A stretch of 64,000 nt of DNA from Bilabrum cf. latius (Eukaryota): NCBI GenBank assembly GCA_965178125.1, contig OZ237738.1:62001-126000 (forward strand). The letters are read 5' to 3'. Below are positions 50,398-62,700 of this stretch, one piece after another (the first letter of the stretch is position 1; each line of letters starts with the position of its first letter). The position numbers and the translations under genes were made by a program. Under the pieces are notes generated by a model. It was not told the DNA's origin and ran no database searches. It was given only the letters and a program-made list of their open reading frames with translations.

Positions 50398-52419
50398 CTC
50401 GGAAGGAGCCTCGTGTTTCTCCTACTTTGACCACTGATTGCAGTGCACTGTGGACACCTGGCTCCAGCTCACGCGTTTTTCTTCCCATTGATGGGGGCAT
50501 GCACCTGCCTGCCCCTGCAATGCCGCGTGCAAGTCTCTGCTGAGCACAGGCTCCAGCAGCGATGCGCTGGGCACCGCCCCTGCACTGGAGCCGTCCTAGC
50601 AACCTGAACGACTCCGTCCACTTGCGCCTAGCTCGGCGCCCAACTCATGTCTTATATCTCCGCAGACGCCAAACGCGAGGCTGCTGTATCCAGCCAAAGC
50701 CTCGTCGCCGTCGCCTTCGCGCCGATGTTCCCCAAACACGAACTCGAGCCCCCGCACTGTGAGGCAGCCACTGCCTGCCTCGGCCTCACCAGCCGAAGAG
50801 CCAGCAGTAGCAAGACCCAATGCCTTGCTTGACGACCCTCCCTCTCGCTCTTGATCCCCCTCTCGCTCTCGGCGGCTAGTCCTCCCCGCCGCCCAGTGCT
50901 CCAGCAGAGCGCACCGCCTCTCCGCTCTGCTGGCCTCTGCAGCGCAGTCGGGGCAGCGGTCGGCTCGGGGCATCACGGACCGCACCGGCACCATCCAATT
51001 CAGTCGGACGCTGCATGGGCCGGCAGCTGGCCAGCTCACCCCCACCACCTCCATGGCCCCAAAGGCATCCGCGTGAATCACCCGGCGATCGCCCGCCAGC
51101 AGTGACCGCACCTTCCGGTCCAGATCGCACCGAGACACGCGCATCACGGTCGCAACTGCACTGCACTGCACCTCTCCAGAGCCAGTAGCGATCCCTGCCA
51201 GGGGCTGCCCTAGTCGAGCGGCGGCCCCTGGCAGCCCCTGTGCAATCGCGCCGAGCAGCTCGGGGGTCACTCTAGGACAGGCGCAGTCGGCTGCCAGCGC
51301 CCACGACAGGTGCATGCACCGGCCTGCAGGAGCAGGAGCAGACGAACCCACACCCCCAGCGCCCTCGCTCACACGGACCTGTTGACTCTCCCTGTTCATG
51401 GGCACGGGCTGGTTCATGCCCAACCCCATAACGCAGTACCCGTGCGGCTCGAGGGGGTGAGGCAGCCCGCACCCATGGCCTACTGCCTCGTGCCAGCACG
51501 TGCTGGCCATGCCCGGCATGGTGCCAGGGTCGTGCCCCGTTGATGCTGTGACGAGTGCACGCATGCGTGTGTGCTCCTCGTGCGCGGCTGGTTTCCACGC
51601 CTCACTCGTCACGATGCCAAGCCCAACGGCTGGCAGCGGCACACGGGGCACTGCTGACTTGAGCGGGGCAGCGGGGCTTGCGGCCGCCCCGGCGCTGCTT
51701 TGATCTGCGGCCTTTGTTGATTCCCTGTCATCCACTGGCAGTGGCAGGCGCTGGTCCCAGATGCGGGAGGCAGCCGCTGCCACCCCTGGCCGAAGGTGGC
51801 TCTCGCTGTCGAGCATCACGGCGGCGCTACCTGCCGCCCGAGTGAGCCATGCAAGCGGTGGCCACATGCTCGGAGGCAATACTCTATCCTGTGCACCAGC
51901 AGTACCTGGATTGGCGCCACTACCCTGCAGCAGGTGGGCCTTGTGTAGCCATTCCGAGGCCCCTTGCCAGCAGGCAAGCCGGGACAATAGCTCCGGTCTG
52001 GCTGCCACGGCCGCCTCGCCCCAATCAAGCATGACGAGTAAACTGACATGCGTAGGCCGTGAACGGAACTACCCGGTGCTGCCCGCAATCGTTGGTCGTG
52101 AAGATGTGAGCACGTCATGAATCTGTTGCAAAGCCGGCCCAAAGAACGCTCTAGACCCCTCGACGTAGCTTGGATCGCTGAAATTATCAAGGCAAGGTAT
52201 CTGAATTAAGCCTTGGATAGCCAAAACCTCTAGTGCTGCGTTGCCTGGCATGGTAGCCGCGTGGAATGCGTGTAGGTCTCGCCCTATTTCAAGAGCCGCA
52301 TCGTTCGCTACTACAGGCTCGTTGCGGTATCGTGCATCAGGCCCAGGCGATGCGCATACAATTATAAGGCCGTACGATTGAGTGACCACATCAGGCCTTT
52401 GGTAGCCGACGCAGTTCAT
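49522..52419 (-). CDS. Putative zinc metallopeptidase-like protein (start 52419 or 52545)
   Basis: WHEAVGHGCGLPH followed by CVMG (Met-turn-like). Frame continuous through TAGs 52069, 50596 and ~50422. TGA stop. Confidence 0.6.
50352..50397. repeat. (GCACAG)n hexamer repeat encoding a (VP)n tract
   Basis: About 7.5 tandem copies. Confidence 0.9.
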
Positions 52420-52543
52420 GCGGAAAGTGAAGGCCCCGCAATTGACACCAGTTGCGTGTACTTTGGAGCAATCGCCGGCCGGGCAGGATCCGCATTGCCA
52501 GGGCCGCCAAGGGGTGTGAAGCCAGACATTTGGACGAAACAAC

Positions 52544-53915
52544 ATGAATTCGTCACGACAAAAGCGAGAACAAGCGCAGCTGGTCAAGGTAAATTAGCTT
52601 ATCTAGGCAGCAGAGCGAAGAAAAGCCGTAAGCAACTTGACTTGGGTCCCGCTCGGTTTTGGATTTTCAGTGGCCTGTATGCTCGGGGTCAGATTTATGC
52701 GCGGTAGATCTGACGTTTTCTGTATTTGCTCTGCAGGCACTGGAATCTGATCGTGCTCGAAGAGACGCGCAGATCAGACTGGCGGAAGAAGAGGCAGATG
52801 CCAGCCGTCAGCAGGCATCGTCGCTCACAGATGAAGCCGAAGGACTTCGACGGGCCATTTTGCGGCATGATGAAGCCGTTGCGCTTGCAGAGCAGCGCGT
52901 GGTAGCTTCGAACAGAGTGAGTTGGTCCCCACGCATGTACGTTGCGTCTGACACATTCTGCCGCAGCGCTCTCCTCGCCCACCCTTTCGACCCAAACGCG
53001 AGTTTGCAGGACAAAATTGCTCTTTAGTAGCAAGCAGATGACGTGCGCGCAGAGATTGACCGGCTGCGGCGCACGTCGGCCACTCGTGAGCAGGAGCATA
53101 CTCGGCAGCAGGCCGTAGCGTAGATCAAGGCGGACTCCCGCGAGCGGGCGCTGCATAGGCAGCTCCTGGATCTCGAGCGGGACGCTGATGACGCAGAGAC
53201 CAGGGTGCTGCACCTGCGCGGGGCCGAGGAGGAGCAATTGCCCGACCTGCGGGACGAGGTGGCCCTGCTTCGGGTCAGCTCTACCACGCTGCAGGCCGCG
53301 CTCGGGGGCCGTCGCAAGCTGCCGGACGGGTCCTTCGGGGGCATGCCTTCGAGCAGGAGCGGCCCCGCGGCTGCTAGAGTGCTGCGGGAGAGGCTGACGG
53401 ACCTGGTGCGGCGGGAGGGCCGGGCCGCCCAGGAGGTGCAGCGCAAGATCGCAGGGGCGCAGTCGGAGAGGCGGAGGCTGGCCAGGGCTGTGGCGGCCAC
53501 CAACGCGCAGGCAGACGAGGCGGCATTCGCGCGGCGAGTGCTGCAGCGGGTGCCACCCTCGGCGGATGCCGTGCGGGAGGCCCTCGCTGATCCGTCGGTC
53601 CGCGGCGACCTGCCAGCCCTGCAGGACCTGCAGCGCGCCATGGCGGTCGCGCGGTCCGAGCCCGAGGACATCAAGGCCCCGGGGTTCGCGGAGCAGGAGC
53701 AGGGGCGGGGGCAGGGGCAGGGGGAAGGGGAGGGGGCGGGCACCAGCGGGGCCTCCATGCTGCAGGCGCTGGCGGCACAGGACCCCGTGGTGGGCGAGGG
53801 CGGGCTGGGGGCTGGTGGCGAGCTGCCAGCGGACATCTCCCGGTTGGTGGTGGGGGCGAGCGACGAGGCAGTGGGCATGATCCGGCGTGCGCTCGCAGGG
53901 GAGGTGGGGGACGAG

Positions 53916-53948
<33 letters not shown>

Positions 53949-56900
53949 AGTCAGTCGAGGGCCAAGCGGGACAGCGGCACGGCGAGTGTGGCATCCATCG
54001 CCAGCAGCGCGAGAGCGAGGGGAGCCCCGCCCCCGCCTCCACCGAGGGCTGTACCCAGGGCACCTGGGAGCAGCGGCGGCAGCGGCTCAGAGCCCCGGGC
54101 GGTGCCTCACCGGGCCAACAAGGCCAAGACTTCGGTCCGCCGTGGGACCTACTTCGGCTCGTTTCCGAGCAAGACCCAGAAGCAGCTTGCCGCGCTGAAG
54201 GTGAAGGGAGCGGCGGGGGAACAGCGTCAGCAGCAGCAAGGTGTCGGTGAGACAGACCAGGCATCTCCCAAATCCAGGGCCGTGCGCGCCAGGCTCAGAA
54301 AGCTCGCCAGGCCGGCCCTCCCTGACGCCGCCTCGTCTCCTCCTCGGGGCAGCCAGCCCCTGCGACAGGGGCCTTTCTCCCCGCTGGTGGTGCCCGAGCC
54401 AGGGGCGGGCAAGAAGAAGGGCCGGGACAAAGGGGCCAAGGGCAGCAAGCGGCGGCCGCCGGCTAGCAGCACACGCGCGCGCAGCACGTCCCCCTCTGCT
54501 CGCCAGCGACTGGACGGCAGCGGGGGCGACTCTTTCTCGGGAGTACAGTCCCGGGTAGCGCGATACATCAACGCGGACGCGGAGTACAGGAGCCAGGAGG
54601 CGCGGCGGGCTACGGGAAACGCCGAGTCGCTGCTAGAGGCGGCCAAGGCGGCCCGGCGGGCGGACCGCGCCCGCCGACTGCGACAGAGCAACCGGTCGCG
54701 CACCTCTAGGAGGAGAGGGACCCACTTCGGGATGTACCCTAAGGCGGGGGCAGGTGCGGGGGATAAACTGGGCGACAGCAAGGGGAAGAGCAAGGCCGGG
54801 TCCAGGACCAATGGTGGGGCCAGCGGGAAGAGGTCAGGCAGCGGCAAGCGACCGAAGGGGTCCTTGAGAGGCAGGGGTGGGCGGGAGAGCGGCGTGAGGG
54901 CTGCTCCCCGGGAGGGCAGGGGTGGCGGTGGCGCAAGGGGTCCCGAGGTGGATCTGAGCGGCAGTGTGACGAGTGTGATCGACCCGTCTCACGGCGTCGG
55001 CCTCCAGTCGATCGCGGAGGAGGACGACGATGACGAGGAGGAGTTGGAGGGGGAGGGCACGTCCAGAGGCACGCGGTCCGATGCGCCGGACTATCGAGAC
55101 GATGCCTCCGTCATGACAGCAGCCACTGCGCCCGCGCTGCCAGCCTCCTCGCACGATGGCCGGGGCCTTGGCTCGTCCACGTCTACATCCGTGGGCGGTG
55201 CGCCTCGCAGAGGCGTGGACCGGTCCTACATGCCGGAGTACTCTGACACGGAGAGCGGCAGCTCGGACATGTCGCCCCCGGGGAGCGTGAGGGGCGGGAG
55301 CAGTGGGCGCGGCAGAGGCAGGGGCAGAGGCAGGGGCAGGGGCAGGGGCAGAGGTAAGGGCAGCAAGGTGTCCTCGTGGCGCAGGGGGACGTACTTCGGG
55401 GCACGGCCTGCCAATGGGCAGGCCCCGAGGACCCCTGAGTCGGGTGTCAGCCCCAGACCGGAGCCGTTCAGGTCTGGTGGCAGCAGCGGCAGAGGCAGCG
55501 GCAGAGTTAGGAGTCGGTCGGCGGGGCGAGGCCAGCAGCAGCGGCAGCAGCCGGAGCGCCGGTGGAACGCCTCGCCTAACCTTCGGTCCCCCCGCCGCGA
55601 GGACTCCGCCAGTCCATCGGCCAGAGCCAGGTCGACCTCGAGGGGGAGGGGGCGGGGGCAGAGCCCGAGGCACTCGGAGTATGACGGGGTGAGGGCGCGC
55701 GTGGATTCGGGCGTGAGGGGACAGGGAGCCGGGCAGCGGCGAGGTGGTGGGCAGCGGGCCGGCGCGGGGTCTCGACTGCTGGTAGATGGGCTGCCGGGAG
55801 ACATGCACGAGGCCGAGCTCGCTGCCCTGTTCCGGCCCTTTGGCACGGTGCAGTCCGTGAGCATCGTGCGGGACGGCATGGGCATGTCTCGCGGGTTCGG
55901 GTACCTGGAGCCAGCGGAGCCGGCGAGCTGCCGCGCCATGGTGCAGGGAGTGCACGGGCGCAGGGCGGGGGGCTCGAGCGGGGCGGTGTTGTCTGTGCGG
56001 GTGGCAGACGGCGCGATGGCGATGGGTTCCAGCGGGAGCGGGAGCGGGGGCGGGGGCCGGCCTGCTGCTCCCGTGCGGGACACGCAGCGCCGCGCGAGGG
56101 CCAGCAAGGACTCTCGCAGGAGAGGGACGCACTTCGGGATGTACTCCCCCGAGGAGGCGGCAGCCAGGGAACAAGCCAGGAAGGGGGGCCGGCGGCAGGC
56201 CCCACGCAGGCAGGGCGCGCGGGATGCCCCCGCTAGCCCTCGGGACCGCACCGACACGGCCCTGGCTCTGCTCGCAGCCCCTGCCAGCTCCCCGGGGGAG
56301 ACGGAGATCGTGCTCAGCCTCGGGGAGCACCAGCACCAGTCGGCAGAGGAAGCCAGCGGCCGGGCTCGCGCACGGAGTTCCTCCACAGGCTCGCAGGACA
56401 GGGACAGGGGCAGCGGCAGCGGCAGGGGCAGGGGGGAGAGGGACCCGAAGGGCAAAGAGCTGGATCGCGCCGCAGTGGCACCACTGGCCCGAGCCGATTC
56501 TGCGTTCTCGGCGGGACTCCGGGGCGGCGCCAGCACCAACACGCGCATGATCACAGCCGTGTCAGAGAAGCAGCTGGGCAGGAGCGCGCAGGCCGCCGTG
56601 GCCACCAGCAGCGGGGCCTCCTCGCCCAGGTCCCACCGCAGCGCAAGCAGCAGCGGCGAGGGCCCCCCCACGGACCGTCCCAAGCCCCAGCGCCGGCTGT
56701 CCAAGCAGCGCCTGGTGCAGCTGGCAGAGCCCAAGTCACCCAGGCAGGGCCGCTCGCCGCTGTCCTCGAGGTCGGCTAGCCCCGAGCCGGGGGAGGGACA
56801 GGGGCGCGGCCACGGGGGCTTGCAGCGGACGGGGAGCAGGTTCAGCTTTGACGCTGCCGACGTGGCGGAGGGCGTGGGTGGGGGCGAGTTCGAGTCGCAG

Positions 56901-57176
56901 GGGCAGCAGGTGGCCCGTTGGAGCGGGGGCCTGCGCGCGGAGGGCGCCCGTCCCCTGCCCTCGCCCTCGGCCAGGGGCGGCAACGGGGTCAGGGCCTCCC
57001 CATCCCCGCGCGGGGGACATGGCAGGTCCCCGCAGGGGGGTGGGGGTGGGGGTTAGTCGCGCGTGGTGGGCAGCAGGCCGGCCCGCACTGTTCCCCAGTC
57101 GTTCCGCACGGCGGGGCACAGCGGCAGAGAGGACTACTTCGGGCTGTACGGGAATGGGAGTGGGGGCCAGCGGTGA
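52544..57176 (+). CDS. Coiled-coil, RG-rich, RRM-containing protein with repeated RRGT[YH]FG motif; likely 3 exons (52544-52588, 52737-52916, 53010-57176)
   Basis: RRM LLVDGLPGDMHEAELAALFRPFGTVQSVSIVRDGMGMSRGFGYLE. GT..AG introns at 52589-52736 and 52917-53009. TAGs 53025, 53028, ~53121, 57054. TGA 57174. Confidence 0.7.
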
Positions 57177-57373
57177 TGCTGGCACGGCGTATTTCGGTTC
57201 GGCTGCTTCGGAGCCCCTGGTGATAGCACGTTGCGATTACTTGTTGGATCTGCGAAGCATATTGTAGTAGACGGTAGATCTAGAAGTGTCTATCTTTGCA
57301 TTCGTGAGCACCAATCGCGCATTCAAGCAACGCCCAGGCAGCTGCGCGGGGAGCAAGCCACGGCTCGCTCAGA

Positions 57374-58231
57374 TCAGATGGCAGTCCAGCCCCCATCCAC
57401 AGACAGGTGCGTCCCCGTCACGGCACCGCTGCCGGGCCCGCAGAAGAAGCTCACCGCATGCCCGATGTCCTCGGGGGTGGCGAACTCTCGCTGCGGCTGC
57501 TTCTCCGAGAGGAGGTCCACCTTGGCCTCCTCGAAGGAGACGCCCATGCTGTCCGCCCGGGCCTGCACCTGCTTCTCCACCAGGGGGGTGAGCACCCAGC
57601 CGGGGCACACCACGTTGCTCGTCACACCCGTGCCGGCGGCCTCCACACCCACGACCTTGCTGAGTCCCATGACGCCGTGCTTCGACGCCACGTACGCAGA
57701 CTTGTTGGCGGATGCAACGAGACCATGTGCGCTGGCGACATGAATCATTCTGCCCCACCCGCTCTCCTTCATGGCGGGAAGGAAGGCTTGCGTGGTGTAG
57801 AAGACCGCGGAGAGATTGACGGCGATGACTTTCTCGAAGATGTCTTCGGGGAAATCTTCGATAGAACTAACGTGCTGAATGCCAGCATTGTTTACCAAAA
57901 TCGAGGCGGATTTCCCGTCAAAGGCCGCCGATACATCGTCTCGCAGCTGCTCCGCCGACTTGCGGCCACCTGCAAGATCAGCTGTTGAAAGCCCCACTTT
58001 CACGTCATACTTTGCCGCGAAGTCGGTTTTAAGCTTGTCAAGCTCATCCGGTTTTCCGAAGCCGTGCAACATGATATCTGCTCCCTACGAGGCCAGCACC
58101 GAAGCCACTCCTTGCCCGATCCCACTTGTCGATCCGGTCACGACGGCGATGCGCCCCGCCAGTGGACGACCGGCTGCGGCAGCTGCAGTGGATAGGCCTC
58201 GCGACAATTTTCCAGCACTCCTGCGAAACAT
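57374..58231 (-). CDS. bdhA: D-3-hydroxybutyrate dehydrogenase (bacterial-type SDR) with mitochondrial presequence, ~285 aa
   Basis: VVTGSTSGIG..LAS*GADIMLHGFG, NNAGIQH, SAHGLVASANKSAYVASKHG, CPGWVLTPLVEKQ, LLSEKQP, DGGWTA. TAG 58085. TGA stop. Confidence 0.92.
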
Positions 58232-58399
58232 GGTGCGCAACTAATCTGTATCTTTCCACGGATCCGGCTCCTGCACGCGACTCCGAGTACCCCAACACGT
58301 GGCTTCGAAATGGTACCGCGTAAACATTGATTTGATGCGAGCCGCAGGCAGTGCTGTTATCAACAAATATTTTGAGGGTCTGCGCGGCAAACGTATGCA

Positions 58400-58957
58400 A
58401 TGATCCGCGGCACGGGCTAGATCCACACCAAACTCACGCATGCAATCCCGACCCAGCAGCAACGGCTGGAGTTTCCGTACCAGCTTGTGAGACACTCGCC
58501 ATCGTCAAACTTAGAGACCTGTGGGGGATTTGATTTCCGGCGCAGCAGTGTGTGGGGAGCCCGCAGCAAATCGGGGGTCCCCCGACAAGAGAACCAGAAG
58601 GGAAGGTTCGATTCAATCAATTGCCGAATCTTCCGCCCGGGCTAGACCTCTATGTGTCAGCAGCAGCTTTATTCGAAGTATTCACTGGAGGCGGTGCCAG
58701 CGGCCACGCCCGCCCCTTTGAAGCTCGTGCTGCAAGCCTCTGTGGCCCCGGGTTGCCCCCTGCTCTCCTGCCCTCAGCCGCCGCTCGGTACATGCGGTGC
58801 CGGCCCTAGAGCGCACATCGTGATGCTAGCTGCTACGGAAGTTCCGTACCATGCACATGACATACACCCCGCCGGTTTCCGGCCCAGCCGGCAACCTTCA
58901 AGTTGGCAACCACTGGAAGTGACGTGCCCGCTTGCCTAGTCTGGTGCTCCGCGCTGA
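58400..58957 (+). CDS. Possible hypothetical protein (~185 aa, 3 TAGs)
   Basis: ATG-to-TGA frame open only with TAG read-through. It fills the gap divergent from bdhA. No motif recognised. Confidence 0.25.
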
Positions 58958-59230
58958 TGTGCCACACTGGGCTCGTAGCAGGTATGCGCGGAATCGATAA
59001 GGAGCACCTGACACTTTACAAAGCCTCCATCAAACCCGCAAATGGCGAAGCGGGGTTGGAACCGATGGAGCTCGGCAGCTCCCCAGCACCGTCCCAGCAC
59101 AACTCTGACCGTCCTGAACACCTGTGCAAATATCCACGATACGCCATTTTGTATCGATTGCTTTCTAGTGTTGGCAGCTTGGCATCCACACTTGTAGAGT
59201 CAAAGAGCCGAGCAAACACACTGCCGAGCA

Positions 59231-59652
59231 TCAGAACCCACCTCTTCGGCTCCCTCGAACCAGAATCTTCCTCATGACGTCGTTAACTTCTCTAACAGCA
59301 GTGTAAAACCGTCCAGCACGAGCATTCTCCTTCCGTTTCACGGCGCGCTTCATGTGTCGCTGCACGAATAGAGAGGGCACGAAGACCAGAAATGCAGGCT
59401 TGGGAAAAGACCAGCACGATTCAGGCAGGAGCCATGCGCACACCATTCCCATCTCACCTGGCGGTTCAAGATCCGCTGCTGAATCTTCGCAGCACCAGTT
59501 TCAACGTCAAACTCCTCCATCATTTCTTCCAAATCAAGCTTCGGCCCGGTCGAGCGCACGACCACCTTTGTGCGAACCTATCCACCAAGTCGATGAACTC
59601 CAGACCTAGGAACAGCACTAAGGCGCGAAGCAGATCGCACCAACCTCTGCAT
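59231..59652 (-). CDS. Small basic mitochondrial protein resembling mitoribosomal bS21m; 2 exons (59652-59458, 59359-59231)
   Basis: Presequence MQRLVRSASRL, TAG 59578, intron 59360-59457, and RHMKRAVKRKENARAGR..VMRKILVRGSRRG. TGA stop. Confidence 0.55.
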
Positions 59653-59792
59653 GCTACCTGATTCCTTGTGTTTGAGAGTGGTTTGTAGCCTGAGGGCCAG
59701 TCTTGATTATTTAAACATAACGCTACAACTGCGATTTGACAAGCGAGACGGCCGGCGGTTGGCACGGCTGTGGCTTTTGCTGCGCCCCTACA

Positions 59793-62700
59793 ATGCGAAG
59801 GGGCAAAGCATCGATCCGAAGCAAGCCCTTAGACTTTCATAGACGGCTTCCTGTCATCAGGGAGGCCGCAAAGATAGAAGCAACGCAGCCAGACCCGTCG
59901 GCAGATGCAGCTCAGGTGAGCCTCCAAGCTTGCATGAGCTTTTTCTCACGTGTCGTAGGCTAAGTAGTAACGATGACCGATCAAGTATAAATTTTATGGT
60001 CATATAAACCATGTCCACCTTAAATGCAGGCAAAATTTAAGATAGATCTGCCAATCCCGGAGGTTTCAGAGGTCAAGACCTACGGCGCGGAGGCCAAGGC
60101 CTTCGAGCCGTCCGAGCACTACGTTCGGCACATCCCGGGCTCGCAGCACCAAGCGCGCGCGGGTGCCGAGTATGACATGGACCATGATGATGATGAGTTC
60201 CTCCGCAAGCACCCCCGCTACGGAGAAAACGGAGACCCGAGCACCCGCCTCCAGCCCAGCCTATTCGAAAAGGCCATCACGGTGCTGGAGGAGGAGCAGT
60301 CCAACATCGACGCGGGAGCGGCGGGAAGGGACCACCCGGCCACGAGCCTCGCTACCGGCCTCATGAATTAGAGCAAGGCCGTCCAGCTGCTGGGAGGGTC
60401 CATGAGCCTCCCCGAGCCCACCTGCATCGACCTGCACTCGTACTGGATCGGCAAGCGCACCCAGCGCAAGAAGCCCCTGCTCCGCAGATTCTGGCCCAGG
60501 ACCGCGCTGTCGGACACGAATCCACACAGCGTGTTCCGGCCCCGCGAGCGGGAGGGCTACAAGCTCCGCAGGCAGCGCCGCAACGATCGGGAGGGCCTCG
60601 CCAGCCTGGAGAGGAGGAGGGCAGACCTCGCCGTGGCGCAGCAGATTCTGCAGATGGTGCTGCTGCGAGAGAAGACCAAGCACATGCTCCTCGCGGCAGC
60701 GGACGATGCCTTCTAGCAGGCTCTGCACGAGGCCACGGACACCACTGGTGTGAAGCGCACCCCACTCGTTGTGCAGGGCAAGGCCACCATCCGGGACCAG
60801 CTCATGATGCAGGCATCAAGCGCGCAGGACGACAGGGGGAGGGGGGCGGCGGGGGCCCGCGGCAGGGCACGCAGGCAGCGCTCGGCGCGGCAGAACAAGA
60901 CGATGGAGGCCCTTCGGGAAGCCGTGCTGGAGCTGGGACCCGGGCACGCTGCCGCGGCGGGGGCGGGCTATCCGGGTGCCGCCGCCAAGAGCGCGCAGGC
61001 GGGTGTGGGGCAGCGCAGCGGGCAGGACATGGGGCGGGCCTTCAGGTCTGGCCCCTGGCGGGTGCCGTTCGGGTGCCCCTTGCACGCGGCAGGCGACGGC
61101 AGCGGGAGCGCCGCCGCGCTTGAAGGGCTGGCTGGTCGAGCCACGCGGCAGGCCTCCCGCTTCGGGCCCTCCTCGCTCGAGGACGACGCGGAGGAGGCGC
61201 TGCGGCCGGACTGGCTGGCGCCGACCCTTCCCCTGCGGCCCCCCGTACCCAGGGACCCGGCCGCGCCCTGGGCGCACGCAGGGCAGCTGGCCTCGATCGC
61301 GTTCGCGTCCGGGGCGGCCCCCGCGGTGCTGGGTGCAGACAGGGGGCGACAGCTGCTGCAGCGGGCAGAGGCGCAAGGCCTGGCGCGGCAGCAGGTGGCG
61401 GCGGCGCAGGCTGCGGCGCAGACGCTCGGGACGGGCACCGTGGGCAACGGGCTGGACCAGGGCGTGGGCGCGGGCAGGGGCTCAGCCTCGCAGGGGGACA
61501 CAAGCGGGTCCGCGCTGGCCCGGGCAGACGCGACCGAGGACGAGGACCTGGAGCGTGTCCTGGTGGGCACGGCCGTGATCTCTGCGGCGGCTGCTGCGGT
61601 GGCCTCGCTGGAGAGTCCGCAGGAGCTGGCTCGCTTGCTGACGGACGGCGCGGTGCCGGCGCACATCGGCAGGGGCGCAGGCGCGCTGGACGGGCTGACC
61701 ACGGTGCCGCCCACGGACCGGGGCTCGGACCTGTCGGTGGGCGTGGGCGGGTGCGGCGCGGGAGAACCGGCGGAGGACGCGCTGGGCGTGGCGTGGGCCC
61801 TGGGGCTGCCCGCGGGGCGGTCCATGTCTAGGGAGGTGCTGGAGCGCATGCTGCGGGGACGGTCCAGCGGCGGATTCGCGTCGGGCGCGGAGCAGCTGGT
61901 GGTGAGCGTGCGGAGCATGGTGACGAGGCAGACGATGGGGATGCTGCACGGGGGCTCTGCCTGGGAGCTGGGTGCGGGGCTGGTCCCCGGTGTGGGGTCG
62001 CTGGGGGCGCACGGGGAGGGGTGGGAGCTGCTGGGGCAGCGGCCCTGGTGCTCCGCGCCCCCGCTGCAGCAGGCGCGCACGCGTCCCCTGCAGCGGGACC
62101 CAGAGTACCGCTGGAAGCGCGAGTGGAGCAAGGAGTACCAGGGCGAGGGCACAGGGGGAGCGGGAGCTCGGGCCAGGGGTCCGAGCATCAGGCGCGCGAA
62201 GGGGACAGGGCCAGGGGACGGCAAGGAACAGGAACAGGGACAGGGGGCAGGCGCCTTCTCCGGTGGTCGCCTCGCAGCTGCCGCCCTCACGGGCCGCAAG
62301 CGCAAGCGACCCACAGACCCAAGGCGCAGGTGGGCGGAGCGCAGGCGCCGAGCCGCCGCGGAGGACTCGCTGTACATGCTGCGCCCCCGCATCACGAGAG
62401 ACAAGGTGCTGGCCCTCGACAGGATACCGCTCACGTAGAGGTCCGTTCAGTGGCGCCGGTCCGCTGCCGCCCAGCTGGCGGGCAGGGCGGCCGCCCAGGA
62501 GAGGGTGCGCCGGGAGCGGGTCACGGGCCCGCTGGCCGGGATGGCGCTGGCGGCCGGCGCCGTGGGGGTGCCGATGCCCAGGTCGGGGTCGTTTGCGCGC
62601 GCCGTGCTGCGGGGACAGGGGCAGGTGGCGGACGAGGGCGCCGTGGACGGGAGGGGCCACGGGGTCGCGTACGGGCCCCGCGTGGGACTGGGGCAGGCCG

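Noticed and set aside
52543-52546. One CATG providing overlapping start codons for two divergent genes
   Set aside because: Both ATGs are in frame, but the minus gene has another in-frame ATG at 52419 that leaves a typical spacer. Unsupported without TSS data.
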